64,000 nt of DNA from Squalus acanthias (Eukaryota). This document shows positions 50,693 through 60,843 of this stretch, piece after piece. The stretch spans positions 25,854,001-25,918,000 of the forward strand of contig CM059435.1 in assembly GCA_030390025.1 (NCBI GenBank). The letters are read 5' to 3'. The notes beneath the pieces were generated by a model that did no database searches, was not told the DNA's origin, and saw only the letters and a program-made list of their open reading frames with translations. How positions within the stretch are numbered: position 1 is the stretch's first letter; the number at the start of each line of letters is the position of its first letter. Made by a program: the position numbers and the translations under genes.

Positions 50693-50730
50693 TTACCTGA
50701 GGAAGGAGCGACAGCTCCGAAAGCTTGTAA
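50693..50730 (+). ncRNA. Minimal type I hammerhead ribozyme (inverted pLTR)
   Basis: TTAC-CTGAGGA-A-GGAGC gaca GCTCC-GAA-AGCT-T-GTAA. Confidence 0.8.
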
Positions 50731-51424
50731 AATTAAATAAATCTGTTGGACTATAACCTGGTGTTGTGCGACTTCTCATTTTTGAATTTTTCAAGAATAA
50801 CTGTAACTACTTTTTAGTTGCCACAACACAGCTCATACAAAATAACCTTGAAATTACTGAATTAAACTATTGCACGATGTGAAACTGACAAGAAAGCACT
50901 GAAACTCCACTAACCTGACAGCTGCGAGTTATTACTCATGAACCCTTTAAATAACGTCCCTGGAGCCGTCTTCCTGCTGCTTCACGCCAGCTCTCCCTGT
51001 CGCTGTTTACTCCAGGCGCTCAGGTAGGTGGCGACAATCAATTTCGCAGATCGGGTGCTCAGTGAGCGTTGCACACTCACTGACAATCACGATGGCGTTG
51101 AGGCTCCTGCTGATAATTGTCAGTGGCAGCACTGTTTGGGGGAGGGGGGGGGGACGGGATTTGGCATGCAGCATTGGATTCGCCTCGCCCCGGCGATAAT
51201 GCTCTAGCACTGGCACTAAAGGGAGGCGCGACGGTACCGAATTTTCCCCCCCTGTATTCTTACGAACTATAGTTAAATATAGTAACTTTCTAAATTTGAT
51301 TAGATGCAACTTAATAGTTTGGCAAAATAAAATATTAAAAGAATGTAATGTTTTGTTCTCCTGGCAGTCTTCTGCCCTCTCTTTAATGTTTAACTGTGGT
51401 TTGTTTTACTTTTTATTTCTCCAG

Positions 51425-51541
51425 ATGGTCCTAAATTCTCTCTGATTCCCAGCAATCAGGTTGTAGTGGAAGGAACTGCTGTGGAATTTTACTGCCTTGC
51501 AGAGGGAACCCCAGCTCCAGTAATTGCCTGGACTAAAGCAG
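51425..51541 (+). CDS. PXDNL: PXDNL-like coding exon, Ig3 N-half (exon 11 equivalent)
   Basis: tccag|AT...AG|gtctcc, 117 bp; DGPKFSLIPSNQVVVEGTAVEFYCLAEGTPAPVIAWTKA; the donor is weak. Confidence 0.9.
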
Positions 51542-51754
51542 GTCTCCACCATGTTTTATTTTAAGTGCTGCAGATATTGATTCTTGAATTTAACTTATTC
51601 TACTTTCACATAGAAAATCTAAGACAGAGTTGACCGGTGAAATACATAACAAAAGTTGTTACAAATTATTAGTCCTGTCAAATAACAATACAGTAGAGAT
51701 ACCAGACTGCCTCATATAGATTGGATGGTAAAACAATGTCATTTATATGTTTTT

Positions 51755-52183
51755 TTCATTCGTTCACGGGATGTGGGCATCGCTGGCAAGGCCAGCATTT
51801 ATTGCCCATCTCTAATTGCCCTTGAGAAGGTGGTGGTGGTGAGCTGCCTACTTGAAGAGCTGCAGTCTGTCTTCTTTGTACCGGTTTGGTACAACGGAGG
51901 CCGTTTCAGAGGGCAGTTACGAGTCGACCACATTGCTGCGGGTCTGGAGTCACATTATAGGCCCAGACCGGGTAAGGACGGCAGGTTTCCTTCCCTAAAG
52001 GGCATTAGTGAACCAGATGGGTTTCATGGTCACCATTACTGATACTAGCTTTTTATTCTAGATTTATTTAATTAACTAATTTAAATTCCCTAGCTGCCAT
52101 GGTGGGATTTGAACCCACGTCGCCAAATCATTACTCCAGGCCTCTGGATTACTAGTCCAGTAACATAACCACTATGCTACCGT
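51755..52183 (-). mobile_element. tRNA-derived SINE with the 3' tail of the 39603-41012 LINE family
   Basis: Head (reverse complement) GGTAGCATAGTGG (A box) and GGTTCAAATCC (B box); tail GGGATGTGGGCATCGCTGGCAAGGCCAGCATTTATTG. Confidence 0.82.
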
Positions 52184-52439
52184 ACCCCTATATAATGGGT
52201 CCTATTTATTTCAAAGAAGTGGTTCTCAATATTTTGTTATATGGGGAACTCCCCTGCAAGCAAAAGAAAGAAAGTAAGAAAAGAAGAAAAAAAAGTGCTA
52301 AAAGGGGGAACTGGATGGCCCACTGGTGTTTTACCTCTAGGGCGAAAGTCTCCTATGCTTGCTGTCCTCCATGAAATGAATTTGTGCAGCCTTATTCTTA
52401 TTCCTGGTCAGTGTGGGCCTAGAAGGAAGGGAAGATGTG

Positions 52440-53103
52440 CCCTGGTCCTTGTGAGGCGGGGTTGACATGGGGCCAAGTGTGAGGATGACTAGGAGCAGGA
52501 CTATAGGGGTCCACGCCTGTGAAGATTGATGATGCAGGAGCATCGCTGGTATCTGCAACATCTGAGGACAATCAACTGCCAGATGATGCTAGTCGGCGGT
52601 GGTTTGGCCACAATTGGGGATACTGGACAACTTATACCAGGAGTTAGTGCCAGGAGCTCATTTGATTGTAGAGGCTTCCACAGCCATCCTGCAGCTGACA
52701 CCCGGCTCCCCCAATGCAGCACCTCCCACTGCAATGACAGTCGTGGTCCCGAAGGTCGATCACCTGTTGTGTAGCACACAGGGAGTCGAGAACAAGTGTA
52801 GTCTGCGGGGTTAATGAAGTAGAATGCCCTGCGGAAGAGGGCATCTGCCACCTGTTGAATGGAGCTCCCCACAGCTCCTTGGCTGACCGTACAGAGCTCT
52901 ACAGTTCCTGGCTGGAAGGAACCAGAGCTGTAGAAATTGAGAGCCGCCATCACCTTCATTCGCACTGACAAGGCCGTGCAGGACATAGACCGTGGCTTCA
53001 CAGCTTCTTGGATCATCTCACCGGGATGGCCAATTGCTTCCTTGGTGAATAATTGGACCAGGGTGCATAGACATAATTTAGTCCCCATTTTAAAGTCAGG
53101 CCC
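52440..53103 (-). pseudogene. Decayed Harbinger transposase fragment (third family)
   Basis: LSVRMKVMAALNFYSSGSFQ...SQGAVGSSIQQVADAL; TIR-like AAAGTCAGGCCC at the right end. Confidence 0.7.
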
Positions 53104-53599
53104 TTATTTTTATCTTTCTATTGCTAGTCGATCTCCTGTGACCTTGCACATGGCGAGTCAGAACCATTAGTGGGAGGGTGTAATTGCAGCGTGACAAGTT
53201 CATGTTGTCAGTTTCCATTATGAATGTGGAAATAGGAATTTATAATAGAAAAAGTTGGCAAGATGCACATCAGATGTATGATTTGTAATGTATTGAAAAC
53301 AAATTAGCCTTATTTAAGAACTATTTTCTTTGAGCTAAGAATTTGGAGATAACTAGACTACATGCAGCTCTGATATATTTGTGACAATCACTCAGTTTGC
53401 ACTGAATAGAGGAGACCTTAGCTCCCTCCCCATCGCTATGTTAATTATTGAATTTCTCTACAGCGCAGCATTACGTGGAAAAAGATACATACTAAAGGAT
53501 TCTATTTACAAGTAAACTGCTTTAAAGTTAGCTATCTTCTAAGTTGAGGTTTTTCCCTTTCTGAGTCGCCTCTGTCCCTTGAAAGCTCTAATTTGTTTC

Positions 53600-53968
53600 C
53601 ATTCCCTCCTTTTGTTGGTTCCTTGCAGGGGTATGGTTTCATGAGTGCTGGTCACCCTCCAGTCCCCTCCTCTTATGGCCATTCTTCAGGCATGAATCTA
53701 TACAGCTGGTTGTCAGAATATTTGGCCATAGAGGACATCACAGCCAAGCTCAATCCTGTCTACTTGATGTCTACGCACTTCTGGCAGATGTTGCTGGACA
53801 GCGCTCAGGAGTGGGAACTCCTTAATCCAAGTGCAGTGGGAATAATTGTAGTGCTGGTAAATTCAAACCAGCTTGAGCTCAGCTACCTTAGCACAGACCA
53901 AACATCAAACCTGGTAGCATCCTGGTCTGATGGCTGAGCTACTCATTGTCTTAACCTGTTCAGCCATC
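53600..53968 (-). mobile_element. tRNA-derived SINE
   Basis: Reverse complement head ...CAGACCAGG...GGTTTGATGTTTGGTCTGTGCTAAG; related to about 60490-60760 (+) and 9985-10080. Confidence 0.55.
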
Positions 53969-54101
53969 GTGAAAATCCAACTGGTTAATACCTCTTGGCT
54001 TTCAGTACACTATCTATTCAACTAAAAGCACTGTCACCTACAGTTTAACTGAAAACAATATAATCCCTTTTTTTCCCCCTCCGGTTACCCATTTCATTCA
54101 G

Positions 54102-54260
54102 GTGGTCAGTTGCCCAATGACCGAAGACACACTGTTTTGTCTACTGGAACACTACGTATAGTGAGAGTGGCTGCCCATGATCAAGGCCAGTACGAGTGTC
54201 ATGCGATTAGTGTTGTGGGGGCAAGACATGTACCAGTACAACTGACTGTTGAGTCACTAG
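54102..54260 (+). CDS. PXDNL: PXDNL-like coding exon, Ig3 C-half (exon 12 equivalent)
   Basis: ttcag|GT...AG|gtgaga, 159 bp; [53 protein letters not shown]. Confidence 0.94.
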
Positions 54261-54659
54261 GTGAGATCTGAGATTTTTATCATGAGTTCTTTGTGTTATA
54301 GTGTAAGGAGTCATTCTCCACTAACACAACCTAAGATCTTTATGACCTCTAGAGCCAGTTCAATTGCTATATGAAAGTGTTATTAATTACAGATGCCATA
54401 AAATTCTATGGATCCTCCTGTTGTGTATTTAATTAAAACAGTTGTACAATTCCCTTCAAAAATATCAGAATTTTTGACATTCTTAAATGTAAAAGGATTT
54501 TAATATTTTGTGCTATTTTTCTATACAAATTAAGTTGTATAGAAACCATTGTCTGTCTACTTTTGAAGTCCTAATGTCAAATTGTATGGAACAATGTAGA
54601 AGAGAAAGAATTGAACTTGACGCAAATTTAGTTCTGAATTGTGCTTCCTCTCTGGGCAG

Positions 54660-54772
54660 TGACACCTGTGTTCATTCACACACCATATGACACCACAGCA
54701 GAAACCGGTCAGGATGTGGAAATCCGATGCTCTGCACAGGGAGAACCTCACCCCATCATTACATGGACCAAG
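54660..54772 (+). CDS. PXDNL: PXDNL-like coding exon, Ig4 N-half (exon 13 equivalent)
   Basis: ggcag|TG...AAG|gtatgg, 113 bp; [38 protein letters not shown]. Confidence 0.94.
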
Positions 54773-55499
54773 GTATGGATTACACATTTATCTGAAGATT
54801 ATTGGAGTGAAATTCCTGTCTTCCTTAATTTGAGCAAAGAAGTAATGCCCCACCATTTCATTCTTGGGTTTACTTTTTCCCTAAAATTAGAAAATCTAGA
54901 AATGTCATCTCTATGTGCCTAACAATATACTTTTCATCTGGCACAAGCTCAACTTGATGGAGGGCAAGTTAACCTCCACAGTTCTCCACAGGGATTTTCT
55001 TATCTCAGTCCTGCCACTGTAGGAATATAGAGTATGTAGGGCAGGTGCCTCCCTCACAGAGAGGAAAGGTTGCTTAGGGCTGTTGCTGTGTACCTACCAG
55101 TAACCTGTTGTGGAAAAGTGCTTTCAAAGACCTGGAGCAAGTCACTTGCCCACCCTCTCACTTGGAGATGGGCATTACAATTTTGAAACCAACAGAAGGC
55201 ATGAAAGTATCTTACTAAAACTATCAATATGTTAAACTGCCGATCAGGGAAATGTCTGATACTAAACATATTCTTTCATTTTGAGTGAATATGATGAGCA
55301 AGATCTGATAGATTGGTTGTAACAAGTACTTAATCCATGCTTTGTCATTGAATCGCCATTGAAGAATCAACTGGAATTGCCCTGTATATACCACTGGCGT
55401 TCAGTGGGTTACCTCCACAGCCTTGTATTTCCGACAGCTTCTACTCTCACTGGCAATTAAAGGTCAGATTTTGGCAAATATGCTAAGTGAATATTTCCT

Positions 55500-56218
55500 G
55501 GGGCCAAAATTGTATTGCCATAACACTGCAACTTCACTGGGGCCTACAGAAGTATGGAATCCAGTAGTACAGAATCCACAACTACCCTCCGCTGCTAGAG
55601 GTGCGACAGGGCGGGACTTCTGCCCACAACTGTGAAGAACATTGACCCAGTCCCAGATCACAGGGATGGGCCATTTTAATATTTGGGACAGGCGGCCCAT
55701 GCCTGTAAAGGCACGACAGAGGTGCCCACCGCACGTGCCTGGTAGAAAATCAGAGCAGCAGCCTACTGCTCTGATTGGGGGGGCGGGATCCAGAGGCCCT
55801 TATTGTTCCAAAGAGGACATACAACATTTTCCATTTTTTTTCTCCAAGAGGGCAAGCAAGGGCCTGCAAATGGAGGCTGCCAATCCCTTCAGGGAACAAT
55901 TGTCTTCCTGTCAGGCCTTTGGAAGACCTCGTACAGAACCTACGTCAATTCTCGGCAAACCGCTGAGCCTAAAACTGTACATTTGAACGGAATTCCTGGG
56001 ATAGCCTGTGAGTACTATCAGACACCCTACCCTCCCCGCCCAAACTGCTGTTGGTACATGGAGAAGGAAACAGGTAGAATACTTGCCTGCTCCCTTTCAG
56101 AATTTCTGGCAGAGGACAAATAGGGCAGAAACCTGGCAGATCTGGGTTGCACCCCCCCATAATCTCCTTGCAGCGATCGATCCCAAGTTGTGCCCTCCCC
56201 CATCCAAGAATTCAGCCA
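55500..56218. mobile_element. Decayed Harbinger-type MITE
   Basis: GC-richer block with TIR-like ends GGGGCCAAAATTG / GAATTCAGCCAC; no clear TSD. Confidence 0.35.
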
Positions 56219-56551
56219 CCGTGAGTTGCAAAGTTGACACTAACTACATGCTATTCGGAACGCCAGAGCTGACTGGTGCAGCCCTAATTCTCACCTTGAG
56301 CCCATGGGAAACTGTAACACGTAAGAGCATAAAATAATGATGGAAGCAAACCTTGGGTTGGATTAATGTGGTTCAGCACCAATAAACAATGGGTTAGACA
56401 TTAGTAACTAAAATGAGAAGTGATTCAGAAAGACATGGTCACAGTGTCTATTCCCAGAGAAAGAAAAGAGCAGAAGTTCATAGAAGATGAAATAGATTAA
56501 ATCTTTATGTTCACAAAGCCGGTTTACTTTCAACTTACTCTTTGTAAACAG

Positions 56552-56708
56552 GATGGTGTACAGATCACAGACAGTGGAAAGTTCTTTGTCACTCCAGAGG
56601 GAGCTCTGATTATTCGAGATGTTGGAGAAGCAGATCAGGGCCGATATGAATGCATTGCCCGTAATGCATTTGGTTTTATCTCCAGTACTATGCTGTTAAC
56701 TGTCACTG
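56552..56708 (+). CDS. PXDNL: PXDNL-like coding exon, Ig4 C-half (exon 14 equivalent)
   Basis: aacag|GAT...TG|gtatgt, 157 bp; [52 protein letters not shown]. Confidence 0.95.
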
Positions 56709-56844
56709 GTATGTTACTGCAATTAACATATTTTAATGTTCTGGACACAGGTGTTGTTTCTCAGCAGTATTGCTGGTACAGATTGGGTAACGGTTATATA
56801 GATTTAGTATTCTTTTGGTGCGAAGGAAAGTAATGTATTTAAAA

Positions 56845-57120
56845 ATGAGGTGTGGAGAAGTCGAGGAGGATGAGGAGAGACATTGAGCCACCTGGGATGT
56901 TACTTGTAACTTTGACCAGATTTAGAACAAATTCCAAAGGGAAGGCTTTCATGCAAAAAATGATAAATGTTTGGAAGAATTTATCAGACAGGTTAATAGA
57001 GACACAGACTTTAAGGGCATACAAAACCCAAGTTTGCTGCAAACCTGAGAGAGTTAGAATACTAGGGGGGTGAGATTCAGTGGGCCCAATGGCCATTACT
57101 CATCCTTGACTTTTCTTGTA
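56845..57120 (+). mobile_element. Old CR1 3' fragment
   Basis: EKSRRMRRD...FRT...F...INVWKNL and a CR1-like tail GGCCCAATGGCC. Confidence 0.6.
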
Positions 57121-57809
57121 TACTATTTGTGCAACAGACCATACACTGTACTGTCAATGTTCACAAGTGCAGTTTTGAACATAATGTTAATGATACTTAG
57201 TCCTGTCATCTCAGGCATCACTTTGGTGCACGTGGTTTAATATATCAAAAACAAGCATGGCCTTGCTGTTGTATCGTTAGAAGTTAATTGGTGCAATGTG
57301 CAGCCCCTATAATAACATCCTGTTCAGGTTACACATGGCTACATATGGGTCAAAGCTTCTATTGGCACAAATTCTCAGCCGGTTTCAAGGCTGCGAGAGA
57401 CAGGCTGAGAACCTGTGCAAGCCATAACTTCCTTCCCCAAAGCCTAAGACATCACAAGCAGGATTATTAGTATCTCACCATTTCCTTAACACATCATATA
57501 ACAAGTAACTGAAACTTCTCATTTTATATGTTCACACGTCCTTCTGCCTGATATAATAAATCCCAAGCAGGTAAGGCCTTGCCTTACTCTCCCCTTAGCA
57601 AAAGGAAGTAGCATATTACTGAAATTTCTTAACGTTAGAAATCACTGTTAATGATATCCTAATGCGTTCGTATGACCTTCTGTTATTTTAAAGAAGGCGT
57701 TAAACTTTTAATTTAATGGGTTAATGCCTTTGTTAAAATAGGGGACAGAGGCATGTTATACAAAATCATTAAGTGCTTATCCAGAAACATTGGCAATAGT
57801 AATTTCTAG

Positions 57810-57975
57810 CTACTGTTCCCTTTAAACTGTGCGGCCGCACAGCGCCCTGCAGTTCCCACGCAGTCGGCTCACCGGCTTTTAAATAGGAAAAACCGCGCAT
57901 GCACAGTATTTTGAATGGGTTGTGCAGCCCCTTAAAGGGGCCGTGCACCCCCCAAAAAAATTAAAGGGAACATTG
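57810..57975. mobile_element. hAT-type MITE
   Basis: TIRs TACTGTTCCCTTTAA / TTAAAGGGAACATTG; flanking direct repeat (A/C)TTTCTAG(C) of about 8 bp. Confidence 0.65.
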
Positions 57976-58566
57976 CTTTCTAGCCTGTTATAAACGCTCC
58001 CACTTGATTTAGTATTATAGTCAAATATGTTCTCTGGCCCGTGACCCAGACTGTAGACCTCAGATCCAGGAGAGCTGGTGGCGGTCTTGATCCTGACCAG
58101 CAGGAAGAAACAGCAAATTCACTTTTTTTAAATCTTGAAAATCAGCACACATTTTGAGGAGAAAAACTGGCTATAGGAGAAAAATAAACAAAATTAGTTT
58201 AAAATAATAGGCCCATTTGAAAAGATCACTGCAGAAGCAAATGATTCACCTCAGAGTTCATTTTACTTCATTGCAATTACTGAAACATGGCTACTTTGGC
58301 AGTTTTGCCTTTCATTCTCAAACGCTCCCTTGAATACGGTTATCTGTCAGACCCCTAACTACTCCACAAATTTTCATGAATGTGGGCCCTAGCACTGAAA
58401 CCTTGTACGCGCTGTTGGAAGGTTAGTGTGTATAGTTATGTAACCTCTGCTGTGTAGCATTGCAGTTGATGCTGATGTCCATCTTGCCCTTTTTAGGGTT
58501 TTTTTTGTAAGGAAATAAACTAAATAAAACTGTCTTTGTGTGTGTTTTTGATGCTGCGTTTTTCAG

Positions 58567-58675
58567 CCTTGGAAGGTGGGCGAACTGGCGATACCTTTGT
58601 TGAAGAGTCACTCCAGGAAGCTATTAACAGCATTGACAGTGCAATTAATTCAACACGAAGGGATTTGTTTGACAA
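58567..58675 (+). CDS. PXDNL: PXDNL-like coding exon, Ig-peroxidase linker (exon 15 equivalent)
   Basis: ttcag|CC...AA|gtaagg, 109 bp; ALEGGRTGDTFVEESLQEAINSIDSAINSTRRDLFD. Confidence 0.93.
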
Positions 58676-59204
58676 GTAAGGATGCAATAATCTCTAAATC
58701 TTTTTCCAACTTAGTCAAACACGTTCATAAATTCTTTCATGTGTGAAAAATGTAGAGGTTCTTCATGACTATAAATACTGTCGATTCATATATAGTTACG
58801 AACATTAATACTATACTTCAGCTGTGTAAATTTTCCCAAATGTGTGATGATTTTAGGCACTGATTGCATTTTTCTTTAATGTTTGTGCCATGTGGTGAAC
58901 ATATTAAAGGGTCTGAGCACTGCCTTTATTTATTCAGCTGTGAGCCATTTTCACATGAATTTCATTTAAAAGCGACTCTACCATTTAGATGTCTGAGTGG
59001 AAACCCATGGGATCCTCCCAGTTTTATCCCTGAGACCAAGTCCTTTGATGAAGCCATGGCACTTCAAAGCACACAAAGAGTACAGATGGAAGATTTTGAG
59101 AAGGCAATGAAAAGTGTGTATTTAGCAGGGTTTTCACTTTAATGCACAACATTGGCAATGAAATAATGTTTTACAAGTGGATCTGAATAAATTTGTGTAT
59201 TTGA

Positions 59205-59655
59205 CCTGAATGATACCGGGGTTAAAAGGGTTAAGTTATGAGGACGGGTTGCGTAGACAAGGCTTGTATTCCCTTGAGTGTAGAAGATTGAAGGGTGATC
59301 TAATTGAGGTGTTTAAGATGATTACAGGAGTTGATGGGGAGAAACCATTTCCTCTGGTGGGGGAGTCCAGAGTATAGGGGGCATAACCTTAAAATTAGAA
59401 CTGGGCCATTCAGGGTGATGCCAGGAAGCACATCTTCACACAATGGGTCTTGGAAATCTGGAAGCCTCTCCCCCAAAAAGGCTGTTGAGGCTAGGTCAAT
59501 TGAAAATATAAAAACTGAATAGGTTTTTGTCAGACAAGGATTAAGGAACCAAGGTGGTTGATGGAGTTAAGATACAGATCAGCCATGATCTAATTGAATG
59601 GCAGAACAGGCTCGAGGGGCTGAATTGCCTTCTTCTGTTCCTGTGTTTCCTATGA
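59205..59655 (+). mobile_element. CR1 3' fragment
   Basis: GLSYEDGL...LYSLECRRLKGDLIEVFK; tail GGCTCGAGGGGCTGAATTGCC. Confidence 0.85.
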
Positions 59656-60843
59656 AGTTAATGTATTAAAAGATACTGAACTCTAGCCAGTCATTTAATA
59701 CGAGTTCAAAAGTCAGGTCTGGAAGGCCAATAAACAATAATTAAAAACACTGAGAAATCGAAGTACCTGTGCTGGGTTTGTTACCTAGCAACAAACACTG
59801 ACTTTACTTGACCAGAACCTACTCACTCAACAAATGCATAAATCTATCATCGCTAATGATAGAGGAGAACAGTTTTTTTGTCTGGTAGATGAAGTGGGGC
59901 TTGCGTATTGATTTTAAATCCCCCGCCATCCTCTTACATACAAGTCTAATAGTATTTTGTTAAATTACTCGCAGCCGAGATGTATTTCTATTTTTTTTTT
60001 AAACTTGAGTTGTAAATAATATGGTTAGAAAATAGTAATCTGGGGCATATCATCTAAAGCCAAGTCATCTAAATTTCCCTACACCCTATCTTCCAGAAGG
60101 AGAAAATGTACCTATATAGGAGAGGAAGTAAGGCAGCACTAGTGACCCATCCATCAAAAGCCTCAGACAGCAAACCCAACCAACGGAACCATTGGTAGCC
60201 GAGATCCCTTATCATAACAAAGTTCCAGGAATCAAAACCAAACAAATTCATTCAACATTTAAAATGGCATCACTCCCAGTGCAAGCACCTGCAGCCCAAG
60301 AAACTTTAATGTATCGGTTTACTCCGGCAAGCAATGTGCAATCAAAATATTGTTCATAAAGTATATACGTGAATGTAAACTCTTCAAAATACAATTAAAA
60401 GAAAAACTGGCGGGTAGCTCTCTCCATGACCCAGCAATCCAGCGAGTAACTGAACCGGTTGCACCCCTGATCTTGTGCAGAGCTAGCTGCTCTGAGCTGG
60501 GGCGATGGTTAGTGCTTATAGAGTCCCTGGGTTATAATGGGGAAGGTTGGTCAGGGTTTCTGTTCCTAATCACTGTGCTGGAATCCACATTTGTGGGTGT
60601 TGAGTAAAGACAGAATCAGGCTCAGCTGTGATACACTTACAGTTGAATAGCCTGATAATGTTCACTGTTGAGGCTCACACATACCTAGTGGCTAACTAGG
60701 CAAAGTACTTGAAAGATATCAATTTCCAGGGAGACGCACACCAGCAAGGAATATTTTCAGAAGACGAGGGTATGAGAACAATGGGTGAGGAAAAGGAAAC
60801 CAGCTGGTATATCTTAAACTCTGGTCATTGCACTGGGATCTGA

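Larger units (their letters stand above)
49733..50784 (-). mobile_element. 5'-truncated Penelope-like element with an inverted pLTR
   Basis: GIY-YIG ORF fragment; 3' pLTR and tail; inverted pLTR copy at 50558-50784; flanking direct repeat TTTGAATTTTTCAAGA (49717-32 and 50781-96). Confidence 0.93.
49159..51251 (-). mobile_element. Harbinger left end and transposase N-terminus (family of 11339-16642), interrupted by a Penelope insertion
   Basis: TIR CCGAATTTTCCCCC at the right end; MGAVLAVDLTLQ...RRPYPPREFREH, VAVKVTVALNFFA and GFPMVQGAFDCTH. Confidence 0.85.

Noticed and set aside
52100-52183. tRNA gene
   Set aside because: A and B boxes belong to a SINE head; spacing is too long and I could not fold a cloverleaf
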